DNA of 64,000 nucleotides from an uncultured Mycoplasmatota bacterium (GCA_900547775.1 URHW01000004.1:4806-68805); one strand, 5' to 3'. Positions 51,523 to 63,239 are shown, counted from the stretch's first letter. Numbers and translations: made by a program. The notes: generated by a model not told the origin, from the sequence alone.

Positions 51523-51875
51523 TTTTTATCACCTTTCTTCTCTTTTTTAATTAAAATTTTACCAAGTGCTCCATACACTAAAAATATCATTATAAATAAA
51601 AGTCCAAATCCCGTCAGTACCTGCCATACATAGCCTACCTTTAAACTAGTACATACTGTTCCACTTACACTTATTATAAACGCATTAAGAAGTGCAAATA
51701 CAATCCATAACCGTTTAAAATTCATATTCTTAATTTTAACCCCATACTTATAACATAAAAACTTAACCTCTTTAGTTTCCTTAATTGTTCCCTTCTTATA
51801 CTTAATTAAATAAATTATAAAATAAGTTACAAACACAAATACAAAACTAACTATAAATACAATTAAACTCTCCAT
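51519..51875 (-). CDS. Small membrane protein between T-box and leuS
   Basis: 118 aa, 3 TM segments, overlaps the leuS start. Confidence 0.4.
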   Translation of the reverse strand: MESLIVFIVSFVFVFVTYFIIYLIKYKKGTIKETKEVKFLCYKYGVKIKNMNFKRLWIVFALLNAFIISVSGTVCTSLKVGYVWQVLTGFGLLFIMIFLVYGALGKILIKKEKKGDKK

Positions 51876-51884
51876 ACGCCTCCA

Positions 51885-52080
51885 TTAAAAAACGGCCCTA
51901 CATCCAAAGGACGAAAGACCGTGGTACCACCTTAATTATTACTCTAAGTTTTAAAGATCTTCACCTAACACATCCAAAAGCAAGTTCATAAATCTTTATT
52001 GTTAACTCTCACCACCCGTTAACTCTCTTTAAAATAAACAATTTACTAATACTCTTTCTTCATCTGCTTAAAATGTATTA
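51885..52080 (-). promoter_or_regulatory. T-box riboswitch leader upstream of small membrane protein-leuS
   Basis: Minus-strand AATTAAGGTGGTACCACGG core at 51918-51935 and an AGAGA-like box upstream. Confidence 0.7.
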
Positions 52081-52082
52081 TA

Positions 52083-54488
52083 TTAAATTTCTGCAATATA
52101 TTCAAGTAATTTTATAAACATTCTTATATATTTACCATTTAATCCTTTAACTCTTAATTTTCTAATCTCGATTCTCTTACTCTTAATTTCTAAGTCACTA
52201 AATAAAATTGCCGCTATATTCTCTTTCAAACTAGTCTTAATCTGTAAATCACTTAAAATACTATCAATATCATCATTAATAATTCTCTCTGCATCAATCT
52301 CAATATCTTTACCCCTACAATTGATTGTAAGCTGCTTAGCAGTAGATACGTCCTTAACAAGCACTACAAAATCATTACCATCAACATAACTATCATAATT
52401 ATCATACTGTGCATCAGCAATATAAACTGTTACATCACTAGCTTTTCTTGTATTTCTAAAACGTACTAAATAATCTCTCTTTAACGGAACTATTCCACTC
52501 TTACCCTCTGTAGGTCTAATAATAACCGTAAAATTATTCGCCTGGTAATTATAATCAATATCTGTAACTAAATAAAAACCATCCTCATAAGCCGTACTAA
52601 TTCCATCATCCTCATATAACTTATAAACATTACTAGCACCAGGAAATACATGTACCTCTAACTTACTAGGTACTCCTGTATTATTTAAATCCTCATTAGA
52701 TATAAAACTCATTGGAATAATCGTTCCTTGTTTAGCAAACACTGGATAATCCTCATCTTTAAAGAATGATACGTACCTCTTACCACCAATAAACTTCTTA
52801 CCAGTCTTAAAATCATACCACACACCATTAGGTAAAAATATCCTATGAATAGTACGATTCATTAAAACATCCTTCTTAGACGTAATTGGCGCTATAAATA
52901 ACTCTGTTCCAAAATAGTATTCATTTCTATATATAGGTTCATCATAAATCTCTGGATACTTATAATAAAGTGGTTGAACCAAAGGAAGACCAGTCTTAGA
53001 ATACTTATAAGCCTCTGTATAAATATATGGAATAAGTCTGTGTCTAAGTTTCAAATACTCCTTAACAACACTAAATGTTTTAACATCCCAAAGCCAAGGC
53101 TCTCTCTTATAAAAATGAGAAGCATCACTACTAAAACGAAGTATTGGACTATACGTCCCAAACTGTACATATCTCATATAAAGTTCAGGATCCTCTATTC
53201 CCCCTTTAAATCCTCCAATATCATGACTCCACCAAGATAGTCCAATATTCGCAGCCCTTGAATTATACTCTGGAAGCATCTTCAAACTATCCCAAGACAC
53301 AATTGTCTTACCACTATATAAAACAGGCATCAAATGAGAAGCAAGCATTCCATTTCTAGATAATATCATTCCTCTACTCTTCTTACCAGACTTATAATTA
53401 TTAAAATGATAATAATTAAGTGCTCTTAATGTATATAAATCACTAGGATTATTATAATCTATCCAATAAAAATCTACTCCCATATCATTAAGTGGCTTAA
53501 TAAACTCATCAAAATATGCTGTTAACATTTGCTTATTAAAAACATTAAAAGGAATAACCCCATCACCAGTATAACCAGCTATCTGCTTAAATCTTGTATA
53601 GCCTATCTCATCAGGACTAATTCCACCAGAAGGATCCACATTAAGGCCAAGCCTTATATTATTACTATGTAAATAATCAGTAAGTTCTTTAGGATTAGGT
53701 ATCAAATTATAATCAAAAGTATATCCACTATAAGTATTTTCATAAGTCATGTGCCATTCAGGTCCAAGCAAAAACACAGATAACGGAATCTCATTCTTCT
53801 TAAAAGCCCAAACTAAATCTTCAATCATCTTAGTATTATAAGTTACATCCTTATTCCACCATACACCTAAAGCATATCTAGGAAGCAAATTAGGTTTTAA
53901 AGTAAGTTTAAAATAATCTCTTAAACAATATCCAAAATCTTTTCGATACATAAACACATAAGTATCTATTCTCTCATCACTTCTCCTACCAAGTGATCCA
54001 TCCTTATTAAATATAAGACTCTTACTATCATCTAAAGAAACAAAACCATCAGTTGAATAAAGACCTTTACTAAAACTAGCACTACTATCATCTAAACTAG
54101 AACTTGTACCTTTAAAATTTCTCGCTTCAGCAGCACCAAAAAACCAAACCTTATCTGTATTATTTAAACTAATCTTAAAATTAGCACTAGGGTTCATCTT
54201 AGTTCCATAAAAAGGCTTACCTTTCTGATACTCAAGTTTAAAATAATTAGTCGTAATAACTAAAAAGTTATCATCTTCCTTCTTCATAAACTTAGGAACA
54301 TCAAATTTTCTAAACTTAACAAGTTCAGTAGGCCTATCCTCAAACTTACCATTAGCATTATACTCTATACGCACTAAAATATCAGATAATATAGTTATCC
54401 TATAATTAACTCCTCTAATAATAGCAGCATCTAAACTTATCGCATCATCATAATTTTTAAATTCAAAATAGTCTTTCACCTTAATCAA
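52083..54488 (-). CDS. Glycoside hydrolase family 31 (alpha-glucosidase/xylosidase-like)
   Basis: FYWIDYNNP nucleophile region; about 800 aa. Confidence 0.7.
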   Translation of the reverse strand: MIKVKDYFEFKNYDDAISLDAAIIRGVNYRITILSDILVRIEYNANGKFEDRPTELVKFRKFDVPKFMKKEDDNFLVITTNYFKLEYQKGKPFYGTKMNPSANFKISLNNTDKVWFFGAAEARNFKGTSSSLDDSSASFSKGLYSTDGFVSLDDSKSLIFNKDGSLGRRSDERIDTYVFMYRKDFGYCLRDYFKLTLKPNLLPRYALGVWWNKDVTYNTKMIEDLVWAFKKNEIPLSVFLLGPEWHMTYENTYSGYTFDYNLIPNPKELTDYLHSNNIRLGLNVDPSGGISPDEIGYTRFKQIAGYTGDGVIPFNVFNKQMLTAYFDEFIKPLNDMGVDFYWIDYNNPSDLYTLRALNYYHFNNYKSGKKSRGMILSRNGMLASHLMPVLYSGKTIVSWDSLKMLPEYNSRAANIGLSWWSHDIGGFKGGIEDPELYMRYVQFGTYSPILRFSSDASHFYKREPWLWDVKTFSVVKEYLKLRHRLIPYIYTEAYKYSKTGLPLVQPLYYKYPEIYDEPIYRNEYYFGTELFIAPITSKKDVLMNRTIHRIFLPNGVWYDFKTGKKFIGGKRYVSFFKDEDYPVFAKQGTIIPMSFISNEDLNNTGVPSKLEVHVFPGASNVYKLYEDDGISTAYEDGFYLVTDIDYNYQANNFTVIIRPTEGKSGIVPLKRDYLVRFRNTRKASDVTVYIADAQYDNYDSYVDGNDFVVLVKDVSTAKQLTINCRGKDIEIDAERIINDDIDSILSDLQIKTSLKENIAAILFSDLEIKSKRIEIRKLRVKGLNGKYIRMFIKLLEYIAEI

Positions 54489-54585
54489 CCCTAACTATCA
54501 TAAATTAATTTTAACACACAAAAACCATCATTTCAATTAACTTATAAAAAGAATAAAAAAAGGTGCAAATAATACACCAATTTAT

Positions 54586-55785
54586 CTACTCATCACTAAG
54601 CAACCAATCAACAACATTAACTTTTCTTATACCATCATAATCAGTTTCAAGGTCCATATCCAAGGTTAATAATGTTTTAGGATAATGATCTCCAGTTTTT
54701 TGAAGAGATCGTAATTCTCTTTCAAGTACCTTTTCATCTCTAACAGTTAATGCAACTTGATAATATCTAAGCCCATCTCTATTCTCAGCAACAAAATCAA
54801 CTTCTAAATCATCAACTTTTCCAACATATACCTTATAACCCCTTCTTAAAAGTTCAAGATATACTATATTTTCTAATATATGGCCCATATCACTATCAGC
54901 TTTTTTACCTAATAAATAACTTCTTAAACCAGAATCTACAACATAATACTTATAATCCCTAGCAAGCAAATTCTTCCCCTTTACATCAAATCTTTCAGCT
55001 TTATATATCAAAAAGCTTTCTAAAAGTGCAGTTATATAATTTTCTACAGTATGATTACTTGTTGAAATGCCTTTACTAGTTAATGTATCACTTATCTTTT
55101 TTATAGATATAGGACTACCAATACTATCAAATATATATTTTATTACACTCTCTAATAACAACTTATCTGTAATATTATTTCTAGCCATGATATCTTTGTA
55201 AACAATTGTTGAAAATATACCATCTAAATACTTATCTAAATCATTTACATTAGACTTTAATATATTTATATTTCCTGGCATTCCACCATTTCTCATGTAA
55301 TCTAAAAATAACTGTTGATAATTATTATTATCAAATGCAGACACATATTCTTTAAAAGACAATGGTAACATTTTGATTTCTATGTATCTTCCAGATAATA
55401 ACGTTGCAAGTTCACCAGATAAAAGATAAGCATTAGATCCTGTTATATAAACATCAACATTCTTCTTTATATATAAACTATCAACTGCTCTCTGAAAGCC
55501 TGGAACATTTTGTACTTCATCTAAAAAAACATAAAAATTATCTTCAGAAATTATTTTCTCATTAATAAAATGATATAACTCTTTATAATCCTTAAAATCA
55601 TAGTCAGCATCCTCTAAATTAATATATATTATTTGATTAGACTTTACTCCACTCATTTTTAAATAATCTATAAATAAATCAAATAACGTGGACTTACCAC
55701 ATCTTCTTATACCAGTAACAACCTTAATCAAATCTTTATCTTTCCATCTTATCAACTCATCAAGATATTCTTCCCTATTTATCAT
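54586..55785 (-). CDS. AAA ATPase with DUF4143 domain
   Basis: GIRRCGKST P-loop and DUF4143-like C-terminal region. Confidence 0.7.
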   Translation of the reverse strand: MINREEYLDELIRWKDKDLIKVVTGIRRCGKSTLFDLFIDYLKMSGVKSNQIIYINLEDADYDFKDYKELYHFINEKIISEDNFYVFLDEVQNVPGFQRAVDSLYIKKNVDVYITGSNAYLLSGELATLLSGRYIEIKMLPLSFKEYVSAFDNNNYQQLFLDYMRNGGMPGNINILKSNVNDLDKYLDGIFSTIVYKDIMARNNITDKLLLESVIKYIFDSIGSPISIKKISDTLTSKGISTSNHTVENYITALLESFLIYKAERFDVKGKNLLARDYKYYVVDSGLRSYLLGKKADSDMGHILENIVYLELLRRGYKVYVGKVDDLEVDFVAENRDGLRYYQVALTVRDEKVLERELRSLQKTGDHYPKTLLTLDMDLETDYDGIRKVNVVDWLLSDE

Positions 55786-55932
55786 CTTACCACCTCAATA
55801 TAAATTATACACAAATTTATGAAATTGTCAAGTTTTGGAAATATTTTTCCAAAACTATTACTTTTTAGATACTTGTGGAAACGATAACTTAAATATATTA
55901 ATCATAAATTATCATTTCTTAAGCAACTTCAA

Positions 55933-55961
55933 TTGACATTTGCATACATTTAATATATAAT
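55933..55961 (+). promoter_or_regulatory. Sigma-A promoter for rpsD (TTGACA-17-TATAAT)
   Basis: Exact consensus hexamers with a 17-bp spacer. About 145 nt of leader lie before the ATG. Confidence 0.6.
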
Positions 55962-56109
55962 ACTCTTGCGTATTTAGGCAGGTTCTTATTAACTTATAAC
56001 GTGTTTATTTGCAAGAACTTTAGTAACTTAACTGCCTTAAGTGAAAAAAATAATAAACACCCTACTTAGAAGATAAGAATTCCTTTAAACGAAAGAAAGG
56101 AGAAATATT

Positions 56110-56712
56110 ATGTCAAGATATACTGGTCCAGCATATAAGAAGTCTCGTAAATTAGGTTTCTCATGCCTAGAAAATGGTAAAGAACTAGCAAGACGTCCTT
56201 ATGCTCCTGGAATTCATGGAACAAGTAGAAGAAGAAAACTTAGTGAATATGGTATTCAGTTAGAAGAAAAACAAAAAGTTAGATTTATGTATGGTTTAAC
56301 TGAAAAACAATTTGCTCATACTTTCGAAAAAGCTTCTAAAATGAAAGGTATCGCTGGTGAAAACTTCCTAAAACTTTTAGAAAGTCGTTTAGATAACGTT
56401 GTATATCGTATGGGTCTAGCTAATACTAGACGTGGTGCAAGACAACTTGTTAACCATGGACACATTCTTGTTAATGGAGAATGTGTAGATATCCCATCAT
56501 ATACTGTTAAAGTTGGTAGTACTATTTCTGTTAAAGAAAAGTCACTTAACCATCCAGCAATGAAACAAGCTTTAGAAAACACTTTAAATCGTCCTGCATA
56601 TGTTGAATTTGACGATAAGAAGATGACTGGAACTTACTTAAGACTTCCAGAAAGAAGCGAACTAAACGCTGATATCAATGAATCACTAATTGTTGAATAC
56701 TACAACAGATAG
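56110..56712 (+). CDS. rpsD: 30S ribosomal protein S4
   Basis: [17 protein letters not shown]-terminus and S4 domain. Confidence 0.95.
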   Translation: MSRYTGPAYKKSRKLGFSCLENGKELARRPYAPGIHGTSRRRKLSEYGIQLEEKQKVRFMYGLTEKQFAHTFEKASKMKGIAGENFLKLLESRLDNVVYRMGLANTRRGARQLVNHGHILVNGECVDIPSYTVKVGSTISVKEKSLNHPAMKQALENTLNRPAYVEFDDKKMTGTYLRLPERSELNADINESLIVEYYNR

Positions 56713-56788
56713 TAACAAACTCCCATTTTGGGAGTTTTATTTTGCTTTAATTTATGCTATTATAGAGAACAAAAAGAAGGAATTTAAT

Positions 56789-58672
56789 ATGGATAATTTT
56801 ATTAAAAGCAAAATTAACAGAATAATTGAACTTAATCTGAAAATCTACGACTACTATCAAAGTCTAATCACTTTAGAAGAAACTAAAGATAAACACCCAG
56901 ACTATGAAAAAAGAAAAAAGAATATATCATCATTCATTCTAGAATTATTACAACAAGAACACGAAGAATATAGTTTTTTTATCGCAAATCCAACAATTGC
57001 TCTATCCACCTACACTGAATTAGCAAGACAATTTATAAATAAAAATACACCTCTAGAAGTTCTATGCACACCTTCAAAAGACGCTCTAATTTCAAGAAGA
57101 ATTCTAACAACATTAGAAATCATTATAATTAGTGATAGAACCTTATTTAATTACCTAATAAATCGAAAACTTATAGCAAGAATAAAATTTCAATCTGATG
57201 AAAAAAGTTCAATTGAAGCATATCTTTTTAAAGAAATACCTCTTATAGACGAATCATTTGCTAAAACATTATACACTCTACTAGATGATGAAGGAAATAC
57301 TAAAGCAAAATATCATCTATCTTTCATCACACCTTACATCGAAACTATCCTTGTTCCTTCTTCATTTGAACCAATACCTAAAAAACAGAATACTGACATC
57401 TCATTTAATACAATGGTAACAAGAGTTCAAAAAGAAATATTTCTAGATACGCATATTGGTGAAAAAATAGATGAAGCACTTGATAGCATGGCCTATGACG
57501 ATAACAGTATTTTATACACATACTTTAAAGCTGCCCTAACATATCAATCAAAAGAAGCCATAAAAGATATTAAAAGTCTTATTAATTCTTTAGATGAAAA
57601 TGAATCCTTAAAAGAAAAATTATTTAAAATCATTCAAGATAACTCTAAAACAAAAAAAGAATTATCAAAAGATGACGACCTAGAAGCCCAAAGAATGTCC
57701 GCCTATGGTTTAAGTAGTACAGATGTCAAAATACTTAATGAACTTCTTGAACTAGAATCACAAATTCTTAATGCTTACAGAGGCCTAGCAAGTCTAGAAA
57801 TCAAAAACTTAAAAGAAAGTTTTTTCTCAAAAAATCTAATTGAACTTTTGGCTTTATACACAGAAGAAGAAAAAACTCTTTTAAACTACTTTAGAATGTA
57901 TCCTGAAATTATTCCAAATATTTTAGAATATCTAATTGAAACAATTAACGATGAAATAAAATCACCAGTAGAACTTCTTTTACTTTATGAAGATAACGAA
58001 ACCGTTGTAACCGCATACCGCACTATTCAGCAAATAAAAAGCGTTCTATTTGAAAGTGATGAAGCATATGAACACAACTTGCATGCAGACGTTAAAGAAA
58101 TAGTTCCATCATATCACGAAAAAATATCATCAGTAAGAGACTACGAAAAACGCATAAGTGATGAAGTAAGTAAAAGAACAATCATCTTCATAAGTGAAGA
58201 TAATTCCTTAGAAAGTATCAAAAAAAAATATTATATGCTATATGCATGCCCAGGTCTTGAAAATGAATTCTTTCAAAATAAAGGTACTTTTCCAAGAAAC
58301 TTAACTGACTCTATTACAGTCAAAAACGATTTAACTGAAGAAGAAAAAGCAGAATTAAATATAACACTTGGATTAAACACTGCTGATCTAGCACTTGATA
58401 CATTATTAGATTATTTTGATGCCGATTTAGATGATTACGCTCATGAAATATCTTTATTAATAAGCATGTTACGAAGCGGCTTACTTCTAACAGACGAAAC
58501 AGAAAGACAAATGCTTTTAGAAGAACTAGAAGAAACATTTACTACAGATGAAGATTACTTAAAAGAACATGAAGATGATGAAGAAATAAGACAATTAATT
58601 AAAAAAACTATTAATGAAGCAAATGAAGATTTTAAAGATATGAATAAAGACAGTAAAAAAACCTTACAATAA
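56789..58672 (+). CDS. Hypothetical protein (E/K-rich, helical)
   Basis: Start chosen at ATG 56789 with an RBS. The ORF-track start at 56690 overlaps rpsD. Confidence 0.4.
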   Translation: MDNFIKSKINRIIELNLKIYDYYQSLITLEETKDKHPDYEKRKKNISSFILELLQQEHEEYSFFIANPTIALSTYTELARQFINKNTPLEVLCTPSKDALISRRILTTLEIIIISDRTLFNYLINRKLIARIKFQSDEKSSIEAYLFKEIPLIDESFAKTLYTLLDDEGNTKAKYHLSFITPYIETILVPSSFEPIPKKQNTDISFNTMVTRVQKEIFLDTHIGEKIDEALDSMAYDDNSILYTYFKAALTYQSKEAIKDIKSLINSLDENESLKEKLFKIIQDNSKTKKELSKDDDLEAQRMSAYGLSSTDVKILNELLELESQILNAYRGLASLEIKNLKESFFSKNLIELLALYTEEEKTLLNYFRMYPEIIPNILEYLIETINDEIKSPVELLLLYEDNETVVTAYRTIQQIKSVLFESDEAYEHNLHADVKEIVPSYHEKISSVRDYEKRISDEVSKRTIIFISEDNSLESIKKKYYMLYACPGLENEFFQNKGTFPRNLTDSITVKNDLTEEEKAELNITLGLNTADLALDTLLDYFDADLDDYAHEISLLISMLRSGLLLTDETERQMLLEELEETFTTDEDYLKEHEDDEEIRQLIKKTINEANEDFKDMNKDSKKTLQ

Positions 58673-58698
58673 AAATTTTTAAGTAAGGTTTTTTCATT

Positions 58699-60180
58699 TC
58701 ATGAATTATCATCACAATATTCTAAATCTTTAAAATATTTAAATTGATTATAATTATCTTTCTTATAAACTTTCGCTTTTTGAGAAATAATAGTTATATA
58801 ATTAGAAGGTTTATCATTAATTCCAAAATAAGTATAACATGAGTTTACTGATTCATCATTTATATAAGATACAAATAAATCTTGATAAACATCGCCATCA
58901 TAAATAACTGTTCCAGTTACCTTTTTAGCATAATCGACAATATTTAACTTCTTATCATTAGATTCCGAAAGTTTATAAATAATATGCTCCCTATCAATAT
59001 TATCAAAATAAGAATATAAATCATCAGAATCATATAATAGTTTCCCCTTATTATCAAATAAACTTACCTTAAACGCCTCATCTCGTCTATCATAATATTC
59101 TTTATAACACAAAATATTATCATAATTATTAAACTCGCAACTACTATAACTATCATCCATTAATGAATAATCATCACCATTAAATAATCCAAATGCTTCA
59201 AAAGATGCATCTTTTTTTCTAACTTTGATTAACTTACCATCAGTCTTAATTGATTCAAAATGAGCATCGTCACCAATTGTAATAAAACTAGCATCCCTTA
59301 ATTCATAGTCCTTATTAAATCCATAATAAGCCTCATTCTTATCTAAATTAATATATATTTGTCCTGCATCAGTAACAACACCATAAGCATTAGTATCTTC
59401 TCCATTTTTATCTATATAAGAAGTAACAAATAAAGGATTCGAATCAACTTTAAATACCTTCTCTGTCTCTAAAACAAACTTTTCTTCCTTAAAATCATAA
59501 AGATAATATTTATCATTCTTATAAAAAAGCATCTTACTATCATGCCAAAAATTACGAACTGGAATATATGACTTATCAATATTTACTTTAACCTTTTCAC
59601 AATCCATAAATTTATATTCAGCGTAATCAAACTTTGTATAAATAACCGCATCTTTACCATTAATTAAACCATAATAACCAGAATCAGTACATTTATAAAA
59701 AGTACCATCTTCATAAAGTAAAGTTTTCTTATTACCAACCTTGTACTCTATCCCATCTTTATCAATCAAACTAATATCATATAACTCAACATAAAGTTTC
59801 TTAGTCTCATCAGATACAACAAACTGAAAACCTAAACTATCAGTTAAAATACTATTACCATTTAACTTTATCGTATACTTATTTTTATTAACTTCATAAT
59901 CGGTAATTTGACTTCCCTTTACAATCTCATTCTTAACAAGTTTTAAGCCATCACTATATCTAAGTTTAAATGACATCTTCTTAATCTTTATTTGCACATA
60001 AGTTTCATAATCTACATAAACATTTATATATTCTCCGCCAGAATAAGACTTAATATAATCTGTTGTACCTATATTAAAACTTCCATCAAACTTTTCATAT
60101 GATAAATAACTCCACAAAAAATATCCACATGTACAAACAACAATTACAATACTTACAAATAAAAACACCTTCTTTTTCAT
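58699..60180 (-). CDS. Membrane-anchored hypothetical protein
   Basis: N-terminal TM segment plus a Y/D/K-rich beta domain. Confidence 0.35.
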   Translation of the reverse strand: MKKKVFLFVSIVIVVCTCGYFLWSYLSYEKFDGSFNIGTTDYIKSYSGGEYINVYVDYETYVQIKIKKMSFKLRYSDGLKLVKNEIVKGSQITDYEVNKNKYTIKLNGNSILTDSLGFQFVVSDETKKLYVELYDISLIDKDGIEYKVGNKKTLLYEDGTFYKCTDSGYYGLINGKDAVIYTKFDYAEYKFMDCEKVKVNIDKSYIPVRNFWHDSKMLFYKNDKYYLYDFKEEKFVLETEKVFKVDSNPLFVTSYIDKNGEDTNAYGVVTDAGQIYINLDKNEAYYGFNKDYELRDASFITIGDDAHFESIKTDGKLIKVRKKDASFEAFGLFNGDDYSLMDDSYSSCEFNNYDNILCYKEYYDRRDEAFKVSLFDNKGKLLYDSDDLYSYFDNIDREHIIYKLSESNDKKLNIVDYAKKVTGTVIYDGDVYQDLFVSYINDESVNSCYTYFGINDKPSNYITIISQKAKVYKKDNYNQFKYFKDLEYCDDNS

Positions 60181-60237
60181 CTCACACTACCCTTCTATCT
60201 GAAGTATATCATAATATTTTAAAAAAAAGAATAACGA

Positions 60238-62958
60238 TTACTCATTATCCTTTAATATACTAGCACATCTATGACAAATACCATCATCTAGTTCGTCAAC
60301 ATAGTTCCAGCATCTATTACACTTCTCACCAGTACTTCTTTCAATCTTAACAGATACATTATCATACTTAGTTAATTCCTCACTAGTAAACACTACCTTA
60401 GATACAATCAATAATTGATGCATAACATTCCCTAAAACATCTTTAACATTATTAAATGCTTCAGGTAGATTTAGATATACATTTGCTTCTAATCCAGAAC
60501 CAATTATCTTTTCATTACGAGCAGTCTCTAATGCCTTATAAACATCATCTTTAACCTTAAAGAAATTACTCCATAACTCTTCATCTATCTTTACATCCAT
60601 ACCTTCTGGCATATCTAATAAATGAACACTTTCCTTCTTCTCTCCTGGAATATAACGATAAATTTCTTCAGCAGTATAAGGTAAAATTGGTGCAAGAAGA
60701 ACATCCAACTTAGTAATAATATTATATAACACTGTCTGTACACTTCTTCTTACTAAAGAATCCTTCTTTTCAATATACAAAATATCCTTAGTGAAATCTA
60801 AATAGAAATTAGATAAAGTAAAACTTATAAAATTATTAGTATACTTATAAACCTCTTGATAAGAATATCTATCATAAGCACCTCTAACATTCTTAACATA
60901 TTTATTAAGTTCACTCATCATGTACTTATCATACTCTTTCATCTCATCAAAACTAATCATATCTTTATTAGGATCAAAATCATTTAAATTACCTAAAATA
61001 AACTTAGCAGTATTTCTAATCTTACGATAACTCTCTTGAACCTGTTTAAGAATCTCATCACCAATTCTTACATCCTCAGTATAATCAGTAGATGCTACCC
61101 ATAAACGTAATACATCAGCACCCCTAATACTAATCTCTTTAAGTGGATCAATACCATTACCAAGACTCTTACTCATCTTATTACCCTTAGCATCTAAAGT
61201 AAATCCATGACTTATACAAGTCTTATAAGGACTCTTACCATGAACTGCTACACCAGTAATTAATGATGAATTAAACCATCCACGATATTGATCACAACCC
61301 TCTAAATAAACATCAGCTGGATATGGTAAATTTCTACCTAATAATACACCAGTATGAGTAGAACCTGAATCAAACCAAACATCCATAATATCCATTTCTT
61401 TAGTAAACTTACCATTAGGACTTGCTGGATTAGTATACCCTTCAGGAAGTAAATCCTTAGCATCTTTCTGGAACCAATAATTAGAACCATGCTCTCTAAA
61501 TAACTCTGCAACATGCATCATAACATCATAATCTAAAATAGCAGAACCATCTTCATTATAGAAAATAGGTAGTGGTACTCCCCAAACTCTTTGACGAGAA
61601 ATACACCAGTCTCCTCTTCCTTCAATCATATTATGAAGTCTTACTTTACCCCACTCAGGAAGCCAATTAATATTATTATCAATCTCATTTAAGATATCAT
61701 CTTTAATCTTATCAATACTACAGAACCACTGAGCAGTTGCTCTAAATATAATAGGTTTTTTAGTACGCCAATCATGTGGATAAGAGTGAGTAATAAACTT
61801 AAGCTTTAATAATACACCTAACTCATCTAAATACTTAACAACCTCTTTATTAGCATCCTCAAAGAATAATCCCTTAAATCTTTCACCAGACTCAGCATTT
61901 AAGCATCCATTATCATCAACACCAAACACCATCTCTAGATTATACTTCTTACCAACATTAAAGTCATCCTCACCATAACTAGGTGCTGTATGAACAAGAC
62001 CAGAACCTGCATCAAGTGTAACATGATCACCTAACACAACTGGACTAATTCTATCCATAAATGGATGTTTATACTTAACATACTCTAAATCAGTACCATA
62101 GAAATTATTTATTACTTCTACATTTTCCCATCCAAACTCACCCTTAAGTGAATCTAAAAGGTCAGCAGCAACAACATACTTCTTACCATCAACAAGTACT
62201 CTAGAATACTCTAAATTAGGTCCAACACATATAGCAGTATTACCAGGAAGTGTCCAAGGAGTAGTAGTCCAAATAACTAAATAATCTCCCTTATCAACAA
62301 CACTATTACCTTCCTCTACCTCAAAAGCAACAAATATAGAAGGATCTTTTCTATCATGATACTCAATCTCAGCCTCGGCTAAAGCACTCTCACTTGATGG
62401 TGACCAATATACAGGTTTCATTCCCTTAAAAATTAACCCTTTACGAGCCATCTCAGCAAACACTTCAATTTGTCTAGCCTCTAACTCATGCTGAAAAGTA
62501 GCATAATAATTATCCCAATCAGCAATAACATTTAAAGCCTTAAAACCTTCCATCTGCATAGCAATCTGCTTCTTAGCATACTCTTCACAAATAGCCCTAA
62601 ATTCAGCCTTATCCATACTCTTACGATCAACACCACTATTAGTAACTGCTTGCTCTATTGGAAGACCATGAGTATCCCATCCAGGAATATAAATCATATC
62701 CCTACCACTCATCGCAGCATAACGATTAACAAAATCCTTTAAAATCTTATTCATCGCATGACCAATATGAATAGAACCATTCGCATAAGGAGGCCCATCA
62801 TGTAACACAAAAGGCTCCCTTCCCTTATTCTTCTCTCTTAACTTATTATATAAGTCCATCTCTTCCCACTTAGCACGTTGTACCTTCTCATTCTCCGGTA
62901 AATTGCCCTTCATCTGAAACTCAGTCTTAGGCATCAAAAGTGTTTCCTTATAATCCAT
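60238..62958 (-). CDS. ileS: Isoleucyl-tRNA synthetase
   Basis: HIGH, KMSKS and C-terminal Zn-binding Cys motifs. Start taken at MDYKETLLMPKTEF. Confidence 0.95.
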   Translation of the reverse strand: MDYKETLLMPKTEFQMKGNLPENEKVQRAKWEEMDLYNKLREKNKGREPFVLHDGPPYANGSIHIGHAMNKILKDFVNRYAAMSGRDMIYIPGWDTHGLPIEQAVTNSGVDRKSMDKAEFRAICEEYAKKQIAMQMEGFKALNVIADWDNYYATFQHELEARQIEVFAEMARKGLIFKGMKPVYWSPSSESALAEAEIEYHDRKDPSIFVAFEVEEGNSVVDKGDYLVIWTTTPWTLPGNTAICVGPNLEYSRVLVDGKKYVVAADLLDSLKGEFGWENVEVINNFYGTDLEYVKYKHPFMDRISPVVLGDHVTLDAGSGLVHTAPSYGEDDFNVGKKYNLEMVFGVDDNGCLNAESGERFKGLFFEDANKEVVKYLDELGVLLKLKFITHSYPHDWRTKKPIIFRATAQWFCSIDKIKDDILNEIDNNINWLPEWGKVRLHNMIEGRGDWCISRQRVWGVPLPIFYNEDGSAILDYDVMMHVAELFREHGSNYWFQKDAKDLLPEGYTNPASPNGKFTKEMDIMDVWFDSGSTHTGVLLGRNLPYPADVYLEGCDQYRGWFNSSLITGVAVHGKSPYKTCISHGFTLDAKGNKMSKSLGNGIDPLKEISIRGADVLRLWVASTDYTEDVRIGDEILKQVQESYRKIRNTAKFILGNLNDFDPNKDMISFDEMKEYDKYMMSELNKYVKNVRGAYDRYSYQEVYKYTNNFISFTLSNFYLDFTKDILYIEKKDSLVRRSVQTVLYNIITKLDVLLAPILPYTAEEIYRYIPGEKKESVHLLDMPEGMDVKIDEELWSNFFKVKDDVYKALETARNEKIIGSGLEANVYLNLPEAFNNVKDVLGNVMHQLLIVSKVVFTSEELTKYDNVSVKIERSTGEKCNRCWNYVDELDDGICHRCASILKDNE

Positions 62959-62994
62959 AAAAATCTCCCTTCCTAAAATAAAAAAGCCCATAAT

Positions 62995-63235
62995 CTAAGG
63001 ACGAGTCAAACCCGTGTTACCACCTTAGTTTATGAACTTATTTCATACACTCATTATCTATAACGTAGATACCGTACTATACTTATCCTATAGTAACATC
63101 CGAAGTGATCCTTAATACTTCCAGTATACTTACTTTCACCACAACGTAAGCTCTCTAAATACCTTCCATATCAACGTCTTCATCAACTGCTTATGCCATA
63201 AATTATATGCCAATAACACATACTTGTCAAGCACA
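62995..63235 (-). promoter_or_regulatory. T-box riboswitch leader upstream of ileS
   Basis: Minus-strand AAGGTGGTAACACGGG core at 63013-63030, followed by a hairpin/T-run. Confidence 0.6.
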
Positions 63236-63239
63236 AACT

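Noticed and set aside
56690-56789. Extended 5' start of the 660-aa ORF overlapping rpsD
   Set aside because: The ATG at 56789 has a purine-rich RBS, and the extension would overlap the rpsD stop region.
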